Below are positions 48,255 to 58,402 of a stretch of DNA of 64,000 nt, one piece after another (position 1 is the stretch's first letter; each line of letters starts with the position of its first letter). The notes below the pieces were generated by a model. It was not told the DNA's origin. It was given only the letters and a program-made list of their open reading frames with translations, and searched no databases. This DNA is from Gemmatimonadales bacterium (GTDB lineage Bacteria; Gemmatimonadota; Gemmatimonadetes; Gemmatimonadales; GWC2-71-9): positions 382 through 64,381 of the forward strand of contig OZ252291.1 of the NCBI GenBank assembly GCA_965250155.1, read 5' to 3'. Made by a program: the position numbers and the translations under genes.

Positions 48255-49727
48255 ATGTCCTGGATCAGCGACCACTACCTGATCCTCTTCCTGCTCGTCG
48301 CATACACGGCGGTGCTGGCTCAACACGCCCTCGCCGGCAAACGACGCACGAAGGGATTAGCAGACTACTATGTCGGCGGGCGCTCGATGGGGGGCATCGC
48401 CCTCGGCATCTCGTTCTTCGCCACGTACTCCAGCACCAACAGCTTCATTGGCTTCGCCGGGCAGACGTATTCCTACGGATTGCCGTGGCTGCTCTTCGTT
48501 CCGATCGTCACGATTTTTTGCGTCATTTCGTGGCGCTGGGTTGCCCCGAGGCTTCGCGAGGTCACGGCCTCGTTGGATTCCGTCACGATCCCGGACTTCA
48601 TCGGCTTTCGCTTCGGCAGCGACGCCGCCAGGTTTTCAGCAAGCTTGATCGTAGTCTTGGCAAGCCTGTTATACATGACGGCGGTGTTCAAGGGCGCAGG
48701 CACCCTGCTCGCAACGTTCCTCGACATCCCTTATTGGGGAGCGATCGCTCTAGTCCTCGTCATCGTGATGCTCTACACCGCGGTGGGCGGCTTCATCTCG
48801 GTGGTCAGGACCGATGTGATCCAGGGCATCATCATGATCCTGGCGGCTGTTTTGCTCTTCGTGGGAACCGTTCGCGCAGCGGGTGGCATCGGATCACTGG
48901 CTGCCGTGAGAGCGCTGCCCGAAGGAGGCGCGCTGTTTACCTGGGATGCCGCGATGCCGTTTCCCGTTCTGTTGGGGATCATCGTCGCGGGGACATTCAA
49001 GTTGGTGGTGGAACCGCGCCAGCTCTCCAGGTTCTACGCCCTCGAAAGCCCGCAGGCGGCACGCCAGGGTTTGTGGGTGTCCACCATTGCGTTCTTGCTG
49101 GTGTACTCCCTCCTGCTACCCATAGGTATATACGCGCGCAACCTGTTCCCAGCCGGCATCGCCGACACCGATCAGATTATCCCGGAAATCTTGAGCGGCG
49201 GCGGCGTCTTTCACCCCGCCGTTGGTGCCTTTCTGGTTCTCGCGCTGATCGCGGCCGCAATGTCCTCCCTCGACAGCGTTCTCCTGGTGCTGGCATCAAC
49301 GTGCCAGCGGGACATCGTCGGCGTGTGGCAGGGCGCCATTCCGGAAGCGCGTGCCATTCGGGCGACGCGTATTTATGTGGCGATCTCTGCGATTGTCACC
49401 GCCGTCATCGCCCTCAACCCGCCCGGCGGCATCGTGATGCTGACGGCCTTCTCCGGAAGCCTCTACGCCGCATGTTTCTTTCCGGCGTTGATATTGGGTC
49501 TCTACTGGAATCGGGGGAACGGAGCCGCCGTGCTGGCGTCTTTCACGGCGGGAATCGTGACCCTCGTGTTCTGGAGATATACGCCGGGGGGATCGAGCAT
49601 CCACGCCATATTCCCGGCCTTGGGGCTTTCCACAACGGCATATGTCGTGTTGGCGGGCACTGGACCCCACAGTGACCGCTTGGCTGACGCAGTTGCGGCC
49701 GCGAATCGAGGCGCTCAGCATGGATAG
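48255..49727 (+). CDS. Sodium:solute symporter family transporter
   Basis: About 13 TM segments. The N-terminus DYYVGGRSMGGIALGISFFATYSSTNSFIG is typical of the SSF family. Confidence 0.85.
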   Translation: MSWISDHYLILFLLVAYTAVLAQHALAGKRRTKGLADYYVGGRSMGGIALGISFFATYSSTNSFIGFAGQTYSYGLPWLLFVPIVTIFCVISWRWVAPRLREVTASLDSVTIPDFIGFRFGSDAARFSASLIVVLASLLYMTAVFKGAGTLLATFLDIPYWGAIALVLVIVMLYTAVGGFISVVRTDVIQGIIMILAAVLLFVGTVRAAGGIGSLAAVRALPEGGALFTWDAAMPFPVLLGIIVAGTFKLVVEPRQLSRFYALESPQAARQGLWVSTIAFLLVYSLLLPIGIYARNLFPAGIADTDQIIPEILSGGGVFHPAVGAFLVLALIAAAMSSLDSVLLVLASTCQRDIVGVWQGAIPEARAIRATRIYVAISAIVTAVIALNPPGGIVMLTAFSGSLYAACFFPALILGLYWNRGNGAAVLASFTAGIVTLVFWRYTPGGSSIHAIFPALGLSTTAYVVLAGTGPHSDRLADAVAAANRGAQHG

Positions 49728-49751
49728 CCACGGAATCCCCGGGACCTCGAT

Positions 49752-50186
49752 TTACGCCAGCTCCAAAGGCTTGCCAGGCGCGCTCACGAGAAGAACGCTG
49801 CGCCGGCAACTGGTACAGTGGACGTTGCGACCCGTCCCGCCTTCGTGAGGGATGACGGATCCCAGCATGAGATTCCCGTCACACTCCGGGCAGGCCGCCT
49901 CAACACCCGGATCCATCATCATTTCACGGATGTGCTCGGCGTCGCCACAGGAGAATGCCTCATGAATCCGCCGCCTTCTGTCCGTGAGCACTATCCGACG
50001 CTCCGCACCACTCCGTCGATCGTCACCGCGCTGGTCCTCTACCACGCGCACGGCACTGCTCCTCCGGTCTCCTGCTCGTCTTTCCTGCCAGGCACGGCGA
50101 TCGGCCGAAGCACGCAGGTCGGCTAGGAACCGCCGTACGGCGTGGCTAGGGCCTCTGTTTCTGGGGGCAAACATCACATTCCTCAC
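49752..50186 (-). CDS. Hypothetical protein: Arg-rich DRR-repeat N-terminus plus C-terminal C..C/C..C zinc ribbon
   Basis: ADRRAWQERRAGDRRSSAVR..DDRRSGAERR..TDRRRR, then CPECDGNLMLG...VHCTSCRRS. Confidence 0.45.
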   Translation of the reverse strand: MRNVMFAPRNRGPSHAVRRFLADLRASADRRAWQERRAGDRRSSAVRVVEDQRGDDRRSGAERRIVLTDRRRRIHEAFSCGDAEHIREMMMDPGVEAACPECDGNLMLGSVIPHEGGTGRNVHCTSCRRSVLLVSAPGKPLELA

Positions 50187-50330
50187 CGCCGCTGAGTATC
50201 AAGGCTACTGACATGACAGATTTACGCCCTGAAAGCCGATTCCGCCAGACGCAAGGGGCCAACTCAGGTAGTCCTCGACCGATCACGAGATTACCTTAGC
50301 GCCGCCACACCCACCATACTAGCGCAGCCG

Positions 50331-51374
50331 ATGACTGAAGTCACTAACCTCCTCATCGCGAGCTACCTCGAGCCGGAGCACGTGGACCGGATCCGGTTGG
50401 TCCATCACGGGCTAAACGTGGTCTACGAGCCCACCCTGCTGCGGCCGCCCAGATACGCCGCCGATCACACCGGCTCGCCAATCGAACGCACGGCCGAGGA
50501 AGAGGCCCGGTGGCAACAGTTGTTGCAGCAAGCCGAGATCCTCTTCGACTTCGACCAGACACACCGGGAAGACCTGCCGGACCTAGCCCCCAATGTGCGG
50601 TGGATCCAAGCCACCAGCACAGGCATCGGCCAGTTCGTGAAGCGCATGGGCTACGACAAGCGCATGCCCAGCACTGTATTCACAACGGCAAGCGGCGTAC
50701 ACGCGGAGCCCCTGGCAGAGTTCTGTGTCATGGCAATGCTCATGTTCAATAAGGGACTGCTGCGCATGGTGCGCGACCAGGGACGGAAGCACTGGGAGCG
50801 GTATACGGGCACGGACCTGGTCGGTCGAACCATGGTCGTGATCGGGGTGGGCACTGTCGGGCGTAGAGTAGCCCGCATGGGCAAGGCGTTCGGCATAACG
50901 GTAGTGGGCGTGAAGCGTCACCCGGAGGGAATCGATCCGGCGTCGTTGAACCTGAACGAGCTTCACACACCCACGGAGTTGCTCGGCGTGCTGCCCCGCG
51001 CCGAGTATCTCGTGTTGATTGCGCCACACACGCCTGAGACGGAGAGGATGATTGGCGCAAGAGAGCTGGCCGCTCTGCCGCCGGGCGCCATCGTGATCAA
51101 TATTGCCCGCGGCGCTATCCTGGACGAGGCGGCTCTCATCGAGTCGTTGCGGTCGGGACACCTGGGTGGCGCCGCACTGGACGTGTTCGCCGAAGAACCG
51201 TTGCCCGAGAATAGCCCGTTGTGGGAGATGCCGAACGTGCTGGTCAGCCCTCATTCGGGAAGCACGAGCGATCGTGAAAACGGGCGGCTAACCAATCTGT
51301 TCTGCGAGAACCTGCGGCGTTACTTGAACGGCGAGCCGCTCCTCAACGTGCTCGACACCGAGAAGCTCTATTAA
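50331..51374 (+). CDS. D-isomer-specific 2-hydroxyacid dehydrogenase family protein
   Basis: VVIGVGTVGRRVARMGKAFG Rossmann motif, INIARGAILDE, ALDVFAEEPLP, SPHSGS. Confidence 0.85.
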   Translation: MTEVTNLLIASYLEPEHVDRIRLVHHGLNVVYEPTLLRPPRYAADHTGSPIERTAEEEARWQQLLQQAEILFDFDQTHREDLPDLAPNVRWIQATSTGIGQFVKRMGYDKRMPSTVFTTASGVHAEPLAEFCVMAMLMFNKGLLRMVRDQGRKHWERYTGTDLVGRTMVVIGVGTVGRRVARMGKAFGITVVGVKRHPEGIDPASLNLNELHTPTELLGVLPRAEYLVLIAPHTPETERMIGARELAALPPGAIVINIARGAILDEAALIESLRSGHLGGAALDVFAEEPLPENSPLWEMPNVLVSPHSGSTSDRENGRLTNLFCENLRRYLNGEPLLNVLDTEKLY

Positions 51375-51387
51375 TACACGACCATGG

Positions 51388-52545
51388 CTACGTCCCCAAC
51401 ATGCCTCGCATCATCGCCGCTACCACAAACCCCAGATAGTTCCCCACGGCGTATCCCAGCAGCCCAACGGCCACACCTGGGACTAGCTGATCGGTGTACC
51501 CACGGGCGCCTGCCAACGCGATAGCCGACGCCGCCCCGCCGACGTTCGCCTGCGACGCAACCGCCAACGTAGCGTAATCTAGACGGGCGAGGCGTCCTAT
51601 CCCAAAGATCACCACACCGTGCAACGCAACTGTGATGATCGCGTAATAGAATACCGGTGGTCCCATCGCAACGAGGTTGGCGATCACCGAACGGGCGCCG
51701 TTGCTTGCCAAGAAGAGCAACAGCAGATAGTTGCCGAACAACGCGCTGCCGGTGAGCGCCTTCACCGCCGGCACCTGCGCCGAGATCAACACTATCGTAG
51801 TCAGCCACAGCACCTCGTGGATCGGGAGGAGCCCGGCCAGTCGATCCGCACCCCACACTGCACCTACCGCGATCGCCACCAACGCAGCCGTATCACCCAG
51901 CGACACTGGTTTCACACTGTCGTGAAGCGTGCGTTCCAGCGTGAGCTGCCTTCCCACCGAGGACGGACCGGCGACGGGAGTCTCTTGCCCCTGTCCCTGC
52001 CCCTGCTTGGGCCGTCCCAACAAGACCGGAACCGCCAGACAGGCAATCATCCAGACGGCGGTCACGATGACGTCTGCCGCGGTCGCCGCAGAAAACAAAT
52101 CCGCGCTGGTCTCGAAAGCCCGACCCAAAGCGGCGAAATTCGCCCCGCCGCCGGTGTACGTGCCCGTGAACTGCCCCGCGAGCTTCCACGTCTCGGGACC
52201 GACGAGCCCAGACAGGAGCAAGCCGCCGGTTATCGCACCCACTGCCGTTCCGAGAGCACCTATCCCAAACGCAGCCAACATCCCGGAACCGGCCTTTAAC
52301 ACGGAGCCCAAGTCCACACTCAACAGAATCAGGGCGATCGCGAGGTTCACGCCCGTACCCATCAGGAATTCGTACGTAGGAGACGTGCCTGGCAAAATGC
52401 CGATGTTAGACAGCAACATGGCGAGCAGAATCCCCACCAGCGCAGCACCCAGCGAGCGGAAGACGCCGACATGCCTCTCCAATTGAATAGCGACGAAGAC
52501 GACCGCTGCGAGGGCCAGGAATACGGCGAAAGGATCTTCAATCAT
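51388..52545 (-). CDS. Polytopic membrane protein, DUF819-like
   Basis: 385 aa with about 11 TM segments. The N-terminus AVFLALAAVVFVAIQLERHVGVFRSLGAALVGILLAMLLSNIGILPG resembles DUF819 as I recall it. Confidence 0.5.
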   Translation of the reverse strand: MIEDPFAVFLALAAVVFVAIQLERHVGVFRSLGAALVGILLAMLLSNIGILPGTSPTYEFLMGTGVNLAIALILLSVDLGSVLKAGSGMLAAFGIGALGTAVGAITGGLLLSGLVGPETWKLAGQFTGTYTGGGANFAALGRAFETSADLFSAATAADVIVTAVWMIACLAVPVLLGRPKQGQGQGQETPVAGPSSVGRQLTLERTLHDSVKPVSLGDTAALVAIAVGAVWGADRLAGLLPIHEVLWLTTIVLISAQVPAVKALTGSALFGNYLLLLFLASNGARSVIANLVAMGPPVFYYAIITVALHGVVIFGIGRLARLDYATLAVASQANVGGAASAIALAGARGYTDQLVPGVAVGLLGYAVGNYLGFVVAAMMRGMLGT

Positions 52546-52803
52546 TCGCCTAGTCCAACCGCACCAACGTCGTAGGTTGTGATACTGTGGCGCATCGTTT
52601 CACTCGGCTGGCGGTGGACGGGGATCAAACTGTTCGGAAAGCCTGGCGCAAAGATGTCGCACCGAGTCACCGGACGCCAATCGGACGCCCCCACCCCTCC
52701 GCCTACCTCCCGATCGCCACCTACGAAGCGTTGTCACTAGCGCGCAGCGAGATTAGGTTAACCCGATTCCGGTGGCAATCCGATACGTACACTAGTACTG
52801 GAG

Positions 52804-53334
52804 ATGGATGGACAAGCGATGAAAATGTCGATGGCGAGGATTATCGGCGGGGTCGTGATGATCCTCGTCATCATCCTCATTATTTCGTCGACACTGGGGC
52901 GAGAAATCATGGCCGGGCGGCAACCCGGGCTGGGGTCGTTTTCCATCATACATTTCGCCGGCTACCTCTTCTTCCTCCTCATGCCAGTCGAAGCCCTGGT
53001 GCCCTACTACCACGCGGAGGGTCACGCCGCCATGATCCTCGTCGGTCTCAGCGTCGGCACCGCGATCACGGCTCAACTCATCGACTACGGCGTCGGCCGC
53101 CTTCTCAGCAAGAGGGTGGTCAGCATTCTGGGCCATACGAAATACGAGAGATTCAATAGAACGATCGACCGCCACGGAAGCTGGGCCATCCTGGTCTTCA
53201 ACCTCTTACCATTCTCCTCACCCAACGTGATCTTGGTGGCCGGCATAATGCGCTTCAGCTTGGGACGCACCGTGCTCATCAGCGCGGGCGGGCTCGTTGG
53301 CAAATACCTCACGATCGTCTATCTGTTCGGGTAG
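52804..53334 (+). CDS. DedA/VTT (SNARE-associated) family membrane protein
   Basis: Four to five TM segments and LLPFSSPNVILVAGIMRFS, typical of YqaA/DedA-type proteins. Confidence 0.55.
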   Translation: MDGQAMKMSMARIIGGVVMILVIILIISSTLGREIMAGRQPGLGSFSIIHFAGYLFFLLMPVEALVPYYHAEGHAAMILVGLSVGTAITAQLIDYGVGRLLSKRVVSILGHTKYERFNRTIDRHGSWAILVFNLLPFSSPNVILVAGIMRFSLGRTVLISAGGLVGKYLTIVYLFG

Positions 53335-53362
53335 AAAACCCGACGGTCCGGCTGGATGGGTA

Positions 53363-54250
53363 TCACATGGTCTCGGCAACCCACTCGGCAAGCGTCACGG
53401 GTTGAATCCCGTACGTCTTGCTGTTGCCGGCGATGTCCACATCGTACCCGACGCCGTCGAACCATTCGAGCATGGAGGCGAAGTCAGCACTGAACTTCCG
53501 AACCTCCTCGATGGGGGTCGGTACAAAAGAGACTGCCTTGCCAATGGCTTCGCCCAAGATCTGCGCGGTCTCCGGCATGGTCAGCTCATCGCCTGCCAGA
53601 TCGATCGCCGCACCATCCAGTTCCTCTGATTTCTCGAACGCAAGCAGGCCGTATTTTCCGATGTCGCCGACCGCGATCATCTGCACGCGCGTTTCCGGCT
53701 TGATTCCTAGGGTGAGCTGCCCCTCGTCTATAGCAGGCTTGAACCAGGGGGAAACGAAGTTGTCCATGAAAAAGACCGGGCCTATGATAGTGTGAGACGT
53801 GAAACCCAAACCGCGCACAACCTCTTCGACGCGCCACTTGTTGTCGAAGTGGGGAATCCCCGTTTGGCGATCTGCCGAGGCGACCGAGGTGTACACGAAG
53901 TGTTGCACCCCTGCTTTTTTGGCGCGCTCCGCCAAGCGCTTTCCCTGCACTTCCTCCTGCTCTACACCGGCCTCCCACGAGTTCTGAACGGCAAAGACGC
54001 CCCAGATACCCTGAAGGGTGCCATCCAGCGATGCCTCATCGTCGAGATCACCACGCACTACAGTCGCACCAAGCTCGGCCAGCGCCTTAGCCTTCGGGCC
54101 GTCCGGGTTTCGGGTCATGGCCCTTACTTTGTGTCCGCGAGCCAGAAGCTCCCGCGCCACCGCACCACCCTGCTGTCCCGTTGCGCCCGTTACCAGGATT
54201 TCTTCGCTGCCAGTTTTCATTGGTTTTTCCTCCACATTCGAAGTCCGCAA
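53363..54250 (-). CDS. NmrA-family NAD(P)-binding protein
   Basis: ILVTGATGQQGGAVARELLARGHKVRAMTRNP. Confidence 0.8.
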   Translation of the reverse strand: MRTSNVEEKPMKTGSEEILVTGATGQQGGAVARELLARGHKVRAMTRNPDGPKAKALAELGATVVRGDLDDEASLDGTLQGIWGVFAVQNSWEAGVEQEEVQGKRLAERAKKAGVQHFVYTSVASADRQTGIPHFDNKWRVEEVVRGLGFTSHTIIGPVFFMDNFVSPWFKPAIDEGQLTLGIKPETRVQMIAVGDIGKYGLLAFEKSEELDGAAIDLAGDELTMPETAQILGEAIGKAVSFVPTPIEEVRKFSADFASMLEWFDGVGYDVDIAGNSKTYGIQPVTLAEWVAETM

Positions 54251-54399
54251 ACCGGCTTCATCATGTCATGGATACTACTCGTTAACCAGATTATCGTGTA
54301 ACTTTATATTGTTACAACGACGATCGCGGGAGAAAAGGGCTCGCTGGGTACATTATTTGGGTATATTATTGTGGTAGTAGATCTCTGCGCCAAGTTGCC

Positions 54400-55491
54400 A
54401 TGCAGAATGCGGTGAGTTCCGTCGTACCCACCCGGTACTGGCACAGGCTGGACGACGGTCGCATCCAGTGCGACCTGTGTCCCCGGGAGTGCCGGCTGCG
54501 CGATGGTCAGCGGGGGTTGTGTTTTGTGAGAGCGTGCGAGAGCGGAGAGATCGTTCTCACCACCTATGGCCGCTCCAGCGGCTTCTGCGTCGATCCGATC
54601 GAGAAGAAGCCCCTCAACCACTTCCTGCCCGGCACACCCGTCCTCTCCTTCGGCACCGCCGGCTGCAACTTGGCGTGCAAGTTTTGCCAGAACTGGGACA
54701 TCAGTAAGTCGAGGGAAATCGATACGCTAAGCGATGCGGCTTCCCCCGAGGCTCTGGCACAGGCGGCGCAGCGCCTCGGATGCTCCAGCGTAGCCTTTAC
54801 GTATAACGATCCAGTCATCTTCCACGAGTATGCCATCGACGTGGCCCAGGCCTGTCACGAGGTAGGCATCAAGTCGGTGGCGGTTACCGCCGGATACGTG
54901 AACGACGAACCGCGCCGGGAGTTTTACCGTTACATGGATGCGGCCAACGTGGATCTCAAGGCCTTCACCGAACAGTTCTACTGGAAGATCACCAAGAGCC
55001 ACCTGCGGCCGGTGTTGGACACGCTGGTGTACCTCAAGCACGAAACCGACGTTTGGTTTGAGATCACGAACCTGGTCATCCCGGGGGAAAACGACTCGGA
55101 CCGGGAATTCGACGAACTCACCTCATGGGTGGTTGAGAACCTCGGCCCCGACGTGCCGGTGCACTTCAGCGCGTTCCACCCGGACTGGAAAATGCGTGAC
55201 AAGCCACGCACACCACCGGCCACTCTCACCAGAGCCCGGCAGATCGCCATCGAGAACGGAGTGCGCTACGCGTATACCGGCAACGTGCACGACGAGGAGG
55301 GCGACAGCACGTACTGCCACGGATGCGGCTCCGCGGTCGTAGCGCGCGATTGGTACGTAATGACTGGATGGAACTTGTCGGATGACGGTCGCTGTCTCAA
55401 TTGCGATACGCAATGCGCCGGCGTGTTCGACGGGCCTCCCGGGACATGGGGCGCGCAGCGGATGCCGGTGCGACTATCAGCGAATCGCTGA
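54400..55491 (+). CDS. amrS: AmmeMemoRadiSam system radical SAM enzyme
   Basis: RIQCDLCPRECRLRDGQRGLCFVR N-terminal Cys cluster, CNLACKFCQNW radical SAM C...C..C motif, C-terminal CHGCG...CLNC. Confidence 0.85.
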   Translation: MQNAVSSVVPTRYWHRLDDGRIQCDLCPRECRLRDGQRGLCFVRACESGEIVLTTYGRSSGFCVDPIEKKPLNHFLPGTPVLSFGTAGCNLACKFCQNWDISKSREIDTLSDAASPEALAQAAQRLGCSSVAFTYNDPVIFHEYAIDVAQACHEVGIKSVAVTAGYVNDEPRREFYRYMDAANVDLKAFTEQFYWKITKSHLRPVLDTLVYLKHETDVWFEITNLVIPGENDSDREFDELTSWVVENLGPDVPVHFSAFHPDWKMRDKPRTPPATLTRARQIAIENGVRYAYTGNVHDEEGDSTYCHGCGSAVVARDWYVMTGWNLSDDGRCLNCDTQCAGVFDGPPGTWGAQRMPVRLSANR

Positions 55492-55537
55492 CGGGTGTAG
55501 ATCTCCGCTATCCGCTCGACTCGGCCGTTGCCGGTAG

Positions 55538-56005
55538 CTACCCACCTCTCACACGGTTGTATACCACAAACTCAAACCCGGGATGGTCTTCCGTTCGATC
55601 GATCGTCCACTCGGATTCATCGAACTCGGGGAAGTATGCGTCTCCCGCAAAATCGCCTTTCATGAACGACAGGTACATCGTGTCCGCCAACGGGATGGTT
55701 TGCTGGTAGATTGTGCTGCCACCCGCACTGAACACGGTTTTCCCGAACGACTCCGCGACCTCCACGGCTTGCTCAATGCTAGGAACCACAACTGCGTCGG
55801 GAAGCTCGCTCATGGAACGGCTCGCCACCACATTGTGGGCGCTGGTGAGGCTCTTGCCGAAAATAGGATAGGACTTCCGGCCGAGAATAACGGTCTGGCT
55901 CTCGATGAACCGCAGGAATTGGTTGTACTCCTCCGGCACGCTCCAGGGCAGGCCGTCCCCCCGTCCGATGAGACGGCTGCGGGACATAGCGGAGATGATG
56001 ATCAT
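55538..56005 (-). CDS. folA: Dihydrofolate reductase
   Basis: IISAMSRSRLIGRGDGLPWSVPEEYNQF, ILGRKSY, GGSTIYQQ. Confidence 0.88.
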   Translation of the reverse strand: MIIISAMSRSRLIGRGDGLPWSVPEEYNQFLRFIESQTVILGRKSYPIFGKSLTSAHNVVASRSMSELPDAVVVPSIEQAVEVAESFGKTVFSAGGSTIYQQTIPLADTMYLSFMKGDFAGDAYFPEFDESEWTIDRTEDHPGFEFVVYNRVRGG

Positions 56006-56013
56006 CTACCGCC

Positions 56014-57729
56014 TTACCGCCCTACGGCCTTATACATAATTTTTCCACCCACGATCGTGTACACCACCTCCGTCGATGGAATTTCTTCTTCCGCAATCGT
56101 CATGATGTCCTTCGACAGCACGGTGATGTCGGCCAGCTTGCCGGGCGTGAGCGAACCCTTGATGTCCTCCTCGAACCCGGCGTAGGCTCCGTTGATCGTG
56201 TACGACCGCAAGGCTTCCAGGCGGCTCATCCGCTGCTCCGGGAAGAAAACCGTCCCGTCTTTGGTTCGCCGCGACACCGTGGCGTAATAGCTGGCGATGG
56301 GATCCACGTCTTCTACGGGCGCGTCCGTGCCATTCGTCACCACGGCGCCCGACTTCATGAGACTTTGCCAGACGTACGCACCCTCTCTCGTCCTCCGCTC
56401 GCCGAGTCGCTCCAGAACGTACGGGGCATCCGAAGTCGCGTGAACCGCCTCCATGGAGGCGATCACGGCCATCTCACCGAAGCGTGGGATGTCGTCGGGA
56501 TGGAGGTGCTGGGAGTGCTCTATGCGCCAGCGGAGGCCCGTCTGCCCCGGATTGGCGGCGAAGGTGCGTTCGTAAATGTCCAGTGTCTCGCGATTCGCCC
56601 GGTCGCCGATGGCGTGGGTGTTGAGTTGAAATCCGTGCTCGATGGCGAGACGCGCCGTTTGCTCGATGCTCTCGATGGAACTCGTGTTGAGGCCCGAACT
56701 CGAGGGAAGGTCCTCGTACGGCTCCAACAGCCAAGCGCCGTGTGAACCGAGTGCGCCGTCGATACTGCACTTGATCGCCCGCACCGTGAGCCGGTTGTCG
56801 CCGTAGCCGATCATCCGGTAGTCGGGCAGCTCCCGAGCGAGAGCCTCGTTGGACACCCGGAGCATGACGTACAGTCTGATGCCCATCGCGCCTTCGTCAA
56901 CCATTTGTTTGAACATGTCGACGGTTCGGAAGCTCGACCCGGCATCCTGAAAGCTCGTGATGCCCTTTGCCAAAATTTCCTCAATCGCAAGCTCCGCCTG
57001 CCGTCTCGGACTGGGCGGCGTAGCATTTTCTCTCGCCGGACTCAGCAGCCCCTGGGCGGTTTCCCGAAACACGCCGATGAGATCGCCGTTGGCGTCCCGC
57101 ACGATCTCGCCGCCGCGGGGATCGGGGGTGCTCCGGGTGATGCCCGACAGCTCCATGGCCTTGGCGTTGGCGAACGACGCGTGACCGCTGGCGTGCCGCA
57201 GGACGACAGGGTTGTCGGGCGAAACAGCACTCAGCGAATGGTGGGTGGGCAGTCCCTGGACGGCCCCTTCCGGCACCTCGTCCCACTTCTCCTGGTGCCA
57301 ACCGCGGCCGCGGATCAACTCGCCGGCCGGCGCATCCCCCACCACGGCGTCCACCATGGAGACGATCTCCCCCCAATTATTCACGTCCATGAGATCGAGC
57401 TGCATGTTGGCGTCGCCGATCCCCAGGAAGTGGCCGTGGCTCTCGATGAACCCCGGTATGGCGAGGGCGCCGTCGAGATCGATCACCTCCGTGTTGGGCC
57501 CGATGTACGCCCGGATCTGCCGGTTGGATCCAACGGCGAGGATGGTGTCGCCCTTCACGGCGATGGCCTGGCCATCGGGAACGTCTTCGTCGACGGTCAC
57601 GACCTTACCGCCCCGCAGGACCAGATCGGCCTCGACTTCGGGAGATGCGGCGCAGCCGGCTGCCACCGCGGCAAAGATTGACAAAACGAAGAGCTGCAGA
57701 ATTCCACGGGTACGGACGGCAAACGCCAC
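56014..57729 (-). CDS. Amidohydrolase-family (Amidohydro_3) lipoprotein
   Basis: Lipobox AAGC. PGFIESHGHF metal-binding HxH, AIGDRA, and C-terminal GKLADITVL. Confidence 0.85.
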   Translation of the reverse strand: MAFAVRTRGILQLFVLSIFAAVAAGCAASPEVEADLVLRGGKVVTVDEDVPDGQAIAVKGDTILAVGSNRQIRAYIGPNTEVIDLDGALAIPGFIESHGHFLGIGDANMQLDLMDVNNWGEIVSMVDAVVGDAPAGELIRGRGWHQEKWDEVPEGAVQGLPTHHSLSAVSPDNPVVLRHASGHASFANAKAMELSGITRSTPDPRGGEIVRDANGDLIGVFRETAQGLLSPARENATPPSPRRQAELAIEEILAKGITSFQDAGSSFRTVDMFKQMVDEGAMGIRLYVMLRVSNEALARELPDYRMIGYGDNRLTVRAIKCSIDGALGSHGAWLLEPYEDLPSSSGLNTSSIESIEQTARLAIEHGFQLNTHAIGDRANRETLDIYERTFAANPGQTGLRWRIEHSQHLHPDDIPRFGEMAVIASMEAVHATSDAPYVLERLGERRTREGAYVWQSLMKSGAVVTNGTDAPVEDVDPIASYYATVSRRTKDGTVFFPEQRMSRLEALRSYTINGAYAGFEEDIKGSLTPGKLADITVLSKDIMTIAEEEIPSTEVVYTIVGGKIMYKAVGR

Positions 57730-57921
57730 GCCGACCTCCTTGTTGGTTACAAACCGGGAAACTGAGCGAAAGATGTGCAGTTGGACGAGTCGATGGGAGA
57801 CCCTTTGTTGCTCTCTGCTTCATTCGGCGGGGGGAACTGTCCCCATGTTCTGGATAGACAACCGGCAGCCGGGGCTACAAGTTTGGACCGGTCGTCCATT
57901 TCTCGAACACGGAAGTGCCAG

Positions 57922-58356
57922 GTGGAGATCAGCGTTTATCTCGCAGGGGAGATCCATTCTGATTGGCGTGACCAGATCGCGCGAGGCGTTGCCGAAGCCG
58001 GGTTGCCAGTTACGCTCCTAGCGCCGGTAACGGACCATCCGGCCAGCGACGACGTCGGTGTAAACATCCTGGGCCCCGAAGAGAACCAGTTCTGGAGGGA
58101 TCACAAGGGCGGCAAGGTCAACGCCATTCGGACGCGAACGATGATCGAGAAGGCGGACATCGAGGTGGTGCGTTTCGGCGACAAGTACAAGCAATGGAAT
58201 GCAGGCCTTCGACGCCGCCTGGGCAAACCGCTGATAACAATGCACGATACCAGCCTGATTCACCCCCTGAAGGAGGTCGATGCGGCGGCGATGGCCGTGG
58301 CCGAGACCCCCGACCAAGTGGTGGAGATCCTGCGGTACGTCACGACCAAACAATAG
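57922..58356 (+). CDS. YtoQ family protein (nucleoside 2-deoxyribosyltransferase-like)
   Basis: The GTG at 57922 gives (M)[18 protein letters not shown]...GDKYKQWN...[24 protein letters not shown]. Confidence 0.7.
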   Translation: MEISVYLAGEIHSDWRDQIARGVAEAGLPVTLLAPVTDHPASDDVGVNILGPEENQFWRDHKGGKVNAIRTRTMIEKADIEVVRFGDKYKQWNAGLRRRLGKPLITMHDTSLIHPLKEVDAAAMAVAETPDQVVEILRYVTTKQ

Positions 58357-58402
58357 TCGCGCTGACCGCAGCAGCGCACAGCGAGGCCGCCATGTACATG
58401 CG

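Noticed and set aside
58215-58225. CCGCCTGGGCA, identical to the conserved 3' pseudoknot strand of ZTP (pfl) riboswitches
   Set aside because: It lies inside the YtoQ coding region, with no upstream ZTP 5' subdomain and no purine or folate gene downstream. This is a chance match.
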